DNA from: Archaeoglobaceae archaeon
GTDB lineage: Archaea; Halobacteriota; Archaeoglobi; Archaeoglobales; Archaeoglobaceae
DNA: 64,000 bases
Reading direction: 5' to 3'
Assembly: GCA_027036775.1 (NCBI GenBank)
Contig: JALWDS010000044.1
Span: forward strand, 6,260 to 70,259
Under the pieces are notes generated by a model. The model ran no database searches. It had not been told where the DNA came from and saw only the letters and a program-made list of their open reading frames with translations. The translations under genes and the position numbers were made by a program. Positions 56,535 to 64,000 of this stretch are shown here, in pieces. The first letter of the stretch is position 1. Every line of letters starts with the position of its first letter.

Positions 56535-57232
56535 AGGACCGACCTCCTCCCCCTTCTTTCCAAAACCCTACCGATTATTATAACGGCGGTCCTTTTTATT
56601 CCGGCCCTCTTGACCTTCTCCGCTATATCTCCGAGGGTTCCCCTTATAACTTTCTCGTCATCCCTCGATGCGTGGTAAACTACTGCAATCGGTTCATCCC
56701 ATCCCCTTATCCTGCCTACCCTCTCCGCTATCTCTTCGATCCTGTCAACTCCGAGCAGAATTACGAGGGTGCACGGAATCTTCGCGAACTCCTCCAAGTA
56801 ATCCTTATCCAGCGTTCTTCCAGCTGGTCTAAGTATTGCAACCGCATGGGAGACGGAAGGGATGGTTAGCTCTGTCTTTAGGATGGCAGAAGCTGAAAAG
56901 ACGCTACTAACCCCGGGAACGACCTCGCACTCTATTCCCCTCCTCTCGAGTTCAACTATCTGTTCGTTTAAGGCTGAGAATATGGAGGGATCTCCACTTA
57001 CGACTCTCGCAACCATTTTTCCATCCCTAACGTTGTTCTCTATCAATTCTATTATCTCCTCAAGCCTCATTCCGTAGCTGTTGACCTTCTTCCCGCTGAA
57101 ATCTTTCAGAAGCTTTTCATCTATGAGGGAACCGGGATAGATTATAAGATCCGCTCGCTTGAGTATCTTGTAGGCTTTGATAGTCAGCAAATCGGTATCT
57201 CCGGGACCGAAGCCCACGAAGTATACCTTCAT
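56525..57232 (-). CDS. cbiF: Cobalt-precorrin-4 C11-methyltransferase
   Basis: VGFGPGD, YPGSL, SGDPSIF, ELTIP, RSVLY. Confidence 0.92.
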   Translation of the reverse strand: MKVYFVGFGPGDTDLLTIKAYKILKRADLIIYPGSLIDEKLLKDFSGKKVNSYGMRLEEIIELIENNVRDGKMVARVVSGDPSIFSALNEQIVELERRGIECEVVPGVSSVFSASAILKTELTIPSVSHAVAILRPAGRTLDKDYLEEFAKIPCTLVILLGVDRIEEIAERVGRIRGWDEPIAVVYHASRDDEKVIRGTLGDIAEKVKRAGIKRTAVIIIGRVLERRGRRSVLYA

Positions 57233-57233
57233 T

Positions 57234-57836
57234 TCACCTCACTCCAACTACGACGGTAAAGTAGTCGGACTTTTCTGGAGGTTCCTTTATTCTCTCCACC
57301 CTTTCTCCGTCCATAAACATTCTCTCCGCCAAGTAAAACTCACTCATTCCCATCTTTTCGAGTTTTTTGCATACCTCTCTGGGTTTCGTAGCCTTTAAGA
57401 CGACAACGCAACCGATTTCATCTTCTTTAAGCGTAGTTACGAGCATCGGGGTATCTATGAATATCTTTATCTTTGAGAATACGGTCGTAAAGCTTGGTAT
57501 TCCGGGAATTACCTCGACTTCAACATCGGGGTTTATTTTGTATATTTCTTCGACGAGATGCTGGAAAGTGGAGTAGAACATAGGGTCTCCCAAACACGCG
57601 AAGGCCAAGTCTTCTCTGACGCATCTATCCGCAAGCTCTTCAGCCAACTTTACCGTTACATCTTTACTCCTACCCATCGGAAATTCAACTACGCGAGGTT
57701 TAACTATCGGCTTAACGATGTATTCCGCAAGTTTACCCGGGACTATCACCTCATCCACGGCTTTGAGAACTTCCACCGCCTTAACCGTTACGAGCTTAGG
57801 ATCTCCTGGCCCCAAACCCACTCCGAACAGCATCAA
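57234..57836 (-). CDS. cbiL: Cobalt-precorrin-2 C20-methyltransferase
   Basis: GVGLGPGDPKLVT, LGDPMFYSTF. Confidence 0.9.
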   Translation of the reverse strand: MMLFGVGLGPGDPKLVTVKAVEVLKAVDEVIVPGKLAEYIVKPIVKPRVVEFPMGRSKDVTVKLAEELADRCVREDLAFACLGDPMFYSTFQHLVEEIYKINPDVEVEVIPGIPSFTTVFSKIKIFIDTPMLVTTLKEDEIGCVVVLKATKPREVCKKLEKMGMSEFYLAERMFMDGERVERIKEPPEKSDYFTVVVGVR

Positions 57837-58318
57837 CTACCACCCACTATTATAAATACCGGATTCAAATTTTTGAAAGCCGTCAATCCCGCCAACTCGT
57901 AGCTTTTCGAGATATTTACAACGATGGCCTCTCTGAATACGTTTAACTCCTTCATAGTTCTAATCACATTACACGCGACCTCTATCCTCGCAACGTTGAC
58001 AGCTAATCTTCTCGCCTTTTCACTCGCAACCCTCAGCATCTCCTCGATATCCTTGGTCCCTCCGAAGAAAACTATGTCGTAATCGAAATCTCTCAAAAAT
58101 TCCAACCCGTGAGCGTGAATCAGCTTTACGTTGGGCTTAACGTCGACGTCTCTAATTACCGATCCGTCTACATCGACCGCGTAAACGGTTTTAACGTAAT
58201 CCGCGAAGAAGTTGGAGACTTTGCATGTGCCACATCCTATATCGACGAAAACGTCATCGTTGTTCGGCTTAAGCTTCGAAAACAGAACCCCTATTATCTC
58301 CTCCTTTGTCTCCTTCAT
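57833..58318 (-). CDS. cbiT: Cobalt-precorrin-6B C15-methyltransferase (decarboxylating)
   Basis: TKEEI, DIGCGT, FFGG, NPVFI. Confidence 0.88.
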   Translation of the reverse strand: MKETKEEIIGVLFSKLKPNNDDVFVDIGCGTCKVSNFFADYVKTVYAVDVDGSVIRDVDVKPNVKLIHAHGLEFLRDFDYDIVFFGGTKDIEEMLRVASEKARRLAVNVARIEVACNVIRTMKELNVFREAIVVNISKSYELAGLTAFKNLNPVFIIVGGS

Positions 58319-59246
58319 CCCCTATCACCTCAACACCTTTTTCTCTCAAGATTCTTAGAAACCTGTCGTAAAGGCTCTCGGAAACCTTCACCTTAACGGG
58401 CCCGTGAAGACCCCGCAGGAGAATTAGATCGATGTCGATCTCAGGTATCACATCGTCAACGCCGTAACCAAATTTTCCATCTTCGCTTATTTCAACGACG
58501 GCACTCGATAATTCGAAATCGAACAAGGACATTATCGTTCTCTTTATCGGCTTTCTCATACCGAAACTTTCAAGCTCGTCGAGCAAGCTTCTGTCACCGA
58601 CTTTAACGCATCTACCCCGATGTAGCACCACTATCTTGTCCGCCCAACTCTCGACGAACTCCACATCGTGGGTCGATACGACTATCGTTTTTCCGTTTTC
58701 GTTCAACTCTTCGAGTATGTTGAACATCTCGAGTATCCCCCTGTGATCCAACCCGGCGGTGGGTTCGTCTATCAGTATTACCTCCGGATCCATTGCCAAA
58801 ACGCCAGCTATAGCAACTCTCTTTTTTTGACCTAAGCTCAGGTTGCTCGTGCTTTTGTCCGCAAGGTTCTCTATCCCCAAAAGCCTTAGAGTCTGCGTGA
58901 CCCTCCTTCTCACTTCACCTTCATCCAAACCCATGTTTCTCAGACCGAAAGCCACGTCATCGTAAACCTTCGGCAGAAATACCTGATCGTCCGGATTTTG
59001 AAAGACCAAGCCGACTATTCTCCTGATCGTATCCTCATTCTTTCGGTTTACCTCAATGCCCTTTATCAACACCTTCCCACTTCGTGGGCGGAGCAATCCG
59101 ACGATGCAGAGGAACAGCGTTGTCTTACCGCTACCGTTTTCACCTAAAATCGCAACCCTTTCACACCTTCTCACTTTAAAAGTAACGTTTGATAGTGCCA
59201 ACGTTCCGTCAGGATACTCGAAAGTTAAATTGCTAACATCGATCAT
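58269..59246 (-). CDS. cbiO: Cobalt ECF transporter ATPase
   Basis: GENGSGKTT, FQNPDDQ, LSLGQKKR, DEPTAGLD. Confidence 0.92.
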   Translation of the reverse strand: MIDVSNLTFEYPDGTLALSNVTFKVRRCERVAILGENGSGKTTLFLCIVGLLRPRSGKVLIKGIEVNRKNEDTIRRIVGLVFQNPDDQVFLPKVYDDVAFGLRNMGLDEGEVRRRVTQTLRLLGIENLADKSTSNLSLGQKKRVAIAGVLAMDPEVILIDEPTAGLDHRGILEMFNILEELNENGKTIVVSTHDVEFVESWADKIVVLHRGRCVKVGDRSLLDELESFGMRKPIKRTIMSLFDFELSSAVVEISEDGKFGYGVDDVIPEIDIDLILLRGLHGPVKVKVSESLYDRFLRILREKGVEVIGDEGDKGGDNRGSVFEA

Positions 59247-59980
59247 GAAATCACCCCGTCGAGGAGTATTAGGATAATTCCAAAAGCTACGGAAGCGAGT
59301 ATCATCAGTGAATCTTTAAGTTCGATACCTTCGGGTTTGATGATATCGGAACCTCCGTAACCTCTAAGGGTCATGGCCATGTAAACCCTACTCGCCCTAT
59401 CTATGGATTTAATTATGAGAGCTCCGCTGGCTATTCCCATATTGTAAACCTTCTTTCTCCAGCTTACGAATTTTGAAAAGGCGTTTTTCATCTTTAACGC
59501 GTGAATTAACGTTTGAAGTTCCTCAGCAAGGGTATCGACGTATCTCATCATTAGAACGGTCAAATCTACTACGACTTTGGGTAGTCTGATCCAGCACAGA
59601 GCTGTTATCATCTCGTGAATAGGCGTAGTCGCTATTAAAATTAACAGAACGCTCGTGCAGGCCAAGACCTTAACCATAACGAGAGATGCGAGTTTCAAAC
59701 CTTCCTTCGTAACGGTGAACACTCCAATCGGTTTCCCCCGAGTTGTGAATGCCAACACCATGAAGACGACGATGGAGATGTAGAAGGGATAGAGTAGTTT
59801 TCTGACGGGAACTCCGACGTAGACGAGCAGTGAGAGGTTTATCAAAAAAAGTGTAAGGGGTATGTAGGGTTCCCTCATCGAAACTATTGCAATCAGTAGA
59901 GCCATTGTCGAGACGAGCTTGACCCTTCCGTCCAACCTTTGCAGGCGGTTCTCCTTAACAGCTACGCTGAAGACCTCCAT
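59243..59980 (-). CDS. cbiQ: Cobalt ECF transporter T component
   Basis: LDGRVKL, MRY, AMTLRGY. Confidence 0.9.
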   Translation of the reverse strand: MEVFSVAVKENRLQRLDGRVKLVSTMALLIAIVSMREPYIPLTLFLINLSLLVYVGVPVRKLLYPFYISIVVFMVLAFTTRGKPIGVFTVTKEGLKLASLVMVKVLACTSVLLILIATTPIHEMITALCWIRLPKVVVDLTVLMMRYVDTLAEELQTLIHALKMKNAFSKFVSWRKKVYNMGIASGALIIKSIDRASRVYMAMTLRGYGGSDIIKPEGIELKDSLMILASVAFGIILILLDGVIS

Positions 59981-60072
59981 CTCCTCAAATACCTCCCGAC
60001 TATCAAGGCCAAGAAAAATCCGATGGTAGTTCCCAACCCGTTTAGGGCGTCACCGCTGAGCCATTCCATCAT
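59962..60072 (-). CDS. Small single-TM protein (36 aa, not in ORF track)
   Basis: MMEWLSGDALNGLGTTIGFFLALIVGRYLRRWRSSA; ATGA overlap with cbiN and overlaps the cbiQ start. Confidence 0.55.
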   Translation of the reverse strand: MMEWLSGDALNGLGTTIGFFLALIVGRYLRRWRSSA

Positions 60073-60347
60073 TTCCTCTCACCCGTTCCAAACATGTCCT
60101 CCCAGAAGTATCCGACGAGCAGGCCTCCCAAGATACCGGCTATCGTGAATCCGATAGGTTCCATGTCTTCTGGAATCGCTGGGACTATCTCCTTAGCCTG
60201 AACGTGTGTCGCGGATGTTGCCAAGTCCTCCACGATGTCGTCCGTTCCTTCAAGCTCTCCCTTCTTGTGTCCCACGTAACTGGCGACTATTATTGCCGAT
60301 GATATCAAAACGAGCAGGGCTATCGAATACACTACAAACCTATCCAT
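60069..60347 (-). CDS. cbiN: Cobalt transport auxiliary protein CbiN-like
   Basis: Two TM helices flanking EGTDD...; located between cbiM and cbiQ. Confidence 0.75.
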   Translation of the reverse strand: MDRFVVYSIALLVLISSAIIVASYVGHKKGELEGTDDIVEDLATSATHVQAKEIVPAIPEDMEPIGFTIAGILGGLLVGYFWEDMFGTGERK

Positions 60348-60990
60348 GTGCAACACCCACCTTCAGAAGTTCGGGTCTGTTTTCCGCTATGTAACTCACA
60401 ACTCCTGCGGTGAAAGCGAATTCGGCCAAGGCTATTGGTATCTGCGTCGGTCCGTATCCCAAGAAGTAAAGCCACCAGTGGTAGACTACGGAGTGTGGAT
60501 TTAAACCCAAAGCCAACTCCAAAGCGGAAGTGACGTACGTCATTATATCACCCACGAACCCGGCAAGTCCCGCTGAAAGCCATACAGGTGCCCTGTTCTT
60601 TAGGAGGATGTATGTTAAGTATCCGGTAAAGGTTCCAACTACACCCATAGAGAAGGTATTTGCTCCCAACGTCGTTATTCCTCCGTGTCCCAAAAACGCT
60701 TGGAAGAACAGTGCTATGCTCGATATAACCACCGTTGCAAAAGGACCCACGATTATCGCTGCCATTGGTGTCCCTACGGGATGAGAGCAAGATCCCGTCA
60801 CCGGAACAGGTATGTGCCAAACCGATATCACGAAAACCGCCGCTCCTATCATAGCTAAGGTCGGTAGATACTTGGGATCCTCCTTGGTTCTCTTTCTTAT
60901 CTCTCTAACACCCACTATCCAAAAGGGAATGCACACCGCATACCAGATTCCGCACCAAACCAAAGGTAGTATTCCGTCCGATATGTGCAT
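60340..60990 (-). CDS. cbiM: Cobalt ECF transporter substrate-binding component
   Basis: N-terminal MHISDG, GSCSHP, HGGITTLGAN. Confidence 0.95.
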   Translation of the reverse strand: MHISDGILPLVWCGIWYAVCIPFWIVGVREIRKRTKEDPKYLPTLAMIGAAVFVISVWHIPVPVTGSCSHPVGTPMAAIIVGPFATVVISSIALFFQAFLGHGGITTLGANTFSMGVVGTFTGYLTYILLKNRAPVWLSAGLAGFVGDIMTYVTSALELALGLNPHSVVYHWWLYFLGYGPTQIPIALAEFAFTAGVVSYIAENRPELLKVGVAHG

Positions 60991-61004
60991 GCAACCACCC
61001 CTGA

Positions 61005-61041
61005 ATCAAATCCATTTGATCTAAAATCAAGTATATTTGAC
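61005..61041. promoter_or_regulatory. Tandem palindromic operator candidates upstream of cbiM
   Basis: ATCAAATCCATTTGAT (61005-61020) and ATCAAGTATATTTGAC (61026-61041), 21-bp period, between a TATA-like TTTTTATG (~61058-61051, minus strand) and the start codon. Confidence 0.6.
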
Positions 61042-61087
61042 TCAAGGTTGCATAAAAACCTTACCCTCACTGATACATAAATTTAAT

Positions 61088-62380
61088 TTATTTATAAATT
61101 TTAAATTTGATCTTAGTTGAGTAGAAGTGTATGTGCGAGTAACCGGCTAAGGTGTTGTAAACGATTGCACCGTCGAATCCGTCTCTGATACCCTTACCGT
61201 CGGTTTTGAAGGCGAATTTAACGTCGTCATCTGCTATAGCGTAGCTGTAGTGAAACTCGTGTCCTCTAAAGCTTCCAGCAAAAAACGGATTTTCTTTTAC
61301 AACTTTCCCCCTAACGTAGCCCAGAGCTTGAAGTTTCCTCGTAAAAACTATGTCTATGTCGAGAATGCCCGCCATTTTTATTTTTTTACCCTCAACATCT
61401 ATACACCTCGAAAGAAACATCATTCCACCGCACTCCGCGTATACAGGCTTGCAGTTCTCGGCCTCCTTTCGCATGAACTTTCCGAAACGTTTAAGCTCCG
61501 GATACAGTTCAGGATACCCCCCGCCTATGTAATACGCGTCACATTCAACCCACTCACCCTTTAAGGGTGAAAAGAAAACCAAGTCTGCGAAATCCTTCAG
61601 AATTTCCAAGTTGTCTCTATAGTAGAATGCAAAAGCGTTGTCGAAGGGGACGCCTATCTGAATCCTTTTTCCTACATCTTTTCCTAAGTCATCCTCTTTT
61701 TCCGTTGAAAAATTTTCCGCTCTTCTAACTTCTGCTAAATCCACTATCCCGTCTATATCCAAGTATCTCTCTCCGAACTCTGCAAAGGTTTTCCAGTTTT
61801 TCTTGGCTTCATAGCCCAGAATCAATCCTAAGTGTCTGCTTTCAATTTTAAGTTCCTCGCTTTTTGGAATGTAACCGAAGACGCGGTATCTGTCCCCGAA
61901 TATCCTCCTAAGCTTATCATACTGTCTCTCGGAGCAACCGTTGAAGATCACTCCGACCAGATTTACATCTCTATCGAAGTTTCTGAAACCCTCAAAGATT
62001 GCCAGAGCTGAAAGGGATACACCTTTAACGTCCATCACGAGGATTACGGGAATACCTAAGATTTTTGCTACGTGAGCAGTTGAGGAGTGGTATGTGAAAC
62101 GGTAACCATCGAAAAGACCCATGACGCCTTCAACAATTCCAAAATCTTTGTCTTTCATCCACTTGGTAAACGATCTCAGAACTCCCGTTTCCCCCATCAT
62201 AAAAGCATCCAAATTGACGGCGTATCCACAAAAGCTGTAGTGGGTTGGATCTATGAAGTCCGGTCCGACTTTAAATGGTTGGACTCTAAATCCTCTCCTT
62301 TTTAAAGCCGAAGCTATGCACAAAGCTACAGTAGTTTTCCCGACTCCACTCTTAGTACCACCTATCACAATAGCCCTCAT
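61088..62380 (-). CDS. cbiA: Cobyrinate a,c-diamide synthase
   Basis: SGVGKTT, FKVGPDFIDP, EGVMGLFDG, AECGGMM, GHEFHYS. Confidence 0.95.
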   Translation of the reverse strand: MRAIVIGGTKSGVGKTTVALCIASALKRRGFRVQPFKVGPDFIDPTHYSFCGYAVNLDAFMMGETGVLRSFTKWMKDKDFGIVEGVMGLFDGYRFTYHSSTAHVAKILGIPVILVMDVKGVSLSALAIFEGFRNFDRDVNLVGVIFNGCSERQYDKLRRIFGDRYRVFGYIPKSEELKIESRHLGLILGYEAKKNWKTFAEFGERYLDIDGIVDLAEVRRAENFSTEKEDDLGKDVGKRIQIGVPFDNAFAFYYRDNLEILKDFADLVFFSPLKGEWVECDAYYIGGGYPELYPELKRFGKFMRKEAENCKPVYAECGGMMFLSRCIDVEGKKIKMAGILDIDIVFTRKLQALGYVRGKVVKENPFFAGSFRGHEFHYSYAIADDDVKFAFKTDGKGIRDGFDGAIVYNTLAGYSHIHFYSTKIKFKIYK

Positions 62381-62533
62381 AGTTGCAATTTGCCTAACTC
62401 TCGGATAAAGTATTCCTCCTATGCTTATTGTTTGTAGTTTTTAGCAACCACCTCTCGTAAAATAGCAAGTTCTTTTTCTCCTACCTCACCAGTTAAATAT
62501 CATTTCATCCCTAATCCCAGCGAGGTGTTAAGA

Positions 62534-63586
62534 ATGTTAGAGATCGAATTCCATAATAGAGAGAAAGAGATTCGAGAGATCATGCGAATTTTAAACAGTA
62601 GACCAGATCTAATCACATTCGTTTACGGGCCGATTAACTCTGGAAAGACTGAGCTTTTCCAGCACTTGATAAAAACCCTACCGAAGGACTTCGTAGTGTT
62701 TTACGTAAATTTGAGGCACGTTTACGTTAGCAAAGCGGACGACTTCCTCAAAATCCTATTCGACGTTAGGAGTAAGAGGGTTAGCGTTAAAACGATTGCT
62801 AAGGAGATTGTAGATACATACGTTCCAAGTGAAGTAGTAACCCCACTCGGTCGATTCCCCATCCCTAAAAACGTATTCAAAGAGTTATTTAAAGAGAAGG
62901 CTATTGAGAACGTTTTCGTTTACCTCGAAAACCTTCTAAGCGAGATCGCAAAGAAGAAAAAGCCCGTATTAATATTGGACGAGCTTCAAAAAATAGGAGA
63001 CGTTAAAATCGATGGACTACTCATCTACGAACTCTTCAACTTTTTCATTGGTTTAACTAAAGAAGCTCACCTCGCTCACGTCTTCGCCATCACTTCCGAC
63101 TCCCTTTTCATAGAAAGAGTGTTCAACGAGGCTATGCTCCACGGTAGGTGCAGATATCTATTGGTGGATGACTTCGATTACAACACCACCAAAGATTTTC
63201 TCAAAAAATACGGATTCAGCCGAGAGGAAATCGATCTAACTTGGAACTACTTCGGGGGTAAACCGGTCTACTTGGTTGAAGCTGTTAAGAACAGAGATAG
63301 ACTGAAAGAGTTCTGTAAAGAATCCTTAGAGGACAGATTTACCTTCATCCTCTATAGGATTAACGATCTAAAGCGTAAGAATCCCAACCTCTTTGAGAAA
63401 GTGATAACATTGTTCAAAGCTTTCGAAAACGAGGATAAAACGGAATGTCAAGAGATTAGTGATGAAGTTATCTGGACAGTCAAAAACAACGTCCTCTTCC
63501 TCGACCCACGTAAACGTCTCCTTAAACCTCAATCCCAATTGGACTTACTCGCCATCAGATCCATCCTCAAAGAGCTTATTGATTAA
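62534..63586 (+). CDS. Archaeal ATPase (ATPase_2-like)
   Basis: FHNREKE, YGPINSGKT, ILDELQ, GGKP. Confidence 0.88.
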   Translation: MLEIEFHNREKEIREIMRILNSRPDLITFVYGPINSGKTELFQHLIKTLPKDFVVFYVNLRHVYVSKADDFLKILFDVRSKRVSVKTIAKEIVDTYVPSEVVTPLGRFPIPKNVFKELFKEKAIENVFVYLENLLSEIAKKKKPVLILDELQKIGDVKIDGLLIYELFNFFIGLTKEAHLAHVFAITSDSLFIERVFNEAMLHGRCRYLLVDDFDYNTTKDFLKKYGFSREEIDLTWNYFGGKPVYLVEAVKNRDRLKEFCKESLEDRFTFILYRINDLKRKNPNLFEKVITLFKAFENEDKTECQEISDEVIWTVKNNVLFLDPRKRLLKPQSQLDLLAIRSILKELID

Positions 63587-63589
63587 CTA

Positions 63590-64000
63590 TTAAATCCATT
63601 TCGTCGAATTTAATATCGCCTTAGCTATCTTTAGCGTTATATTAGCTTCTATCCACGCCGCTATTACTATCAGAATTATCGAAATCAAAGCCATTGTTAG
63701 GTATTCCTTAATGTCTTCCTTCGTTAGCGGTTGTTCTTTCTTCCCTGCTAAATGCCTAACGATTTCGTAGGGAATTTTAAAGCCAGCTGCTCCCGCTATG
63801 ATTATAGCAGGAATTTCAAATATGCAGTGTGGAAGCGTTAATATTAATATTTTATTTATATTAAATTTATTAATACTATACTTAATAAGATACCCAAAAA
63901 ACACTGCGTTGTATAATTCGATCAAAAAAGTCGGAATCCCTAAAAAAAAGTCCTCCAAGAATCTGTATCGCTAGTACTCCAAGTTATTTATTAAAATACA
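63590..64000 (-). pseudogene. SpoIIM/DUF95-family membrane protein, apparently frameshifted; 5' end outside the window
   Basis: LPHCIFEIPA motif. Upstream GVLAIQILGGLF is in a different frame across an A8 run (63942-63949), and in-frame stops are present. Confidence 0.6.

Noticed and set aside
14815..62305. Numerous short antisense or alternate-frame ORFs within recognised genes (e.g. 16620..17147, 28144..28788, 41085..41627, 45062..45712)
   Set aside because: Fully overlapped by well-supported genes; composition typical of shadow ORFs.
63580..63598. TGATTAACTAT resembling a palindrome left arm
   Set aside because: No right arm; explained by convergent stop codons.

Overview
This is a hyperthermophilic euryarchaeal chromosome segment; gene content and style suggest Archaeoglobales (inference, not database-checked). 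Positions ~1-13.8 kb are an AT-richer accessory region. It starts at the edge of a CRISPR-Cas locus (csx1-like CARF gene, cas6). A mosaic island follows, with small DNA-binding proteins, pseudogenes, a CcmF-type heme lyase, membrane-anchored paralogues, a vapBC pair, a zinc-finger-less TnpB-like nuclease and a truncated thioredoxin, ending next to tRNA-Gly(CCC). The island carries nine copies of a 23-bp palindrome (consensus TGATTAAC-YRYNRYR-GTTAATCA), several lying exactly on gene or module boundaries. It also holds a 211-bp IS200/IS605-type non-autonomous element that looks like a stand-alone omega-RNA unit, and a GC-rich structured RNA candidate that appears to share one palindromic TATA box with the divergent tnpB-like gene. 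Positions ~13.9-51 kb are mostly housekeeping genes (artA-psd-pssA, surE, rpiA, rps6e, serA, hxlB, nmd3, truA, sui1, pelota, rnp3, hisF, pncB and others), plus two class III signal-peptide surface proteins. Positions 51.3-62.4 kb are an anaerobic cobalamin (cbi) operon with the CbiMNQO cobalt transporter. No CRISPR array and no integrase are visible in the window. All protein calls come from motifs recognised by eye.
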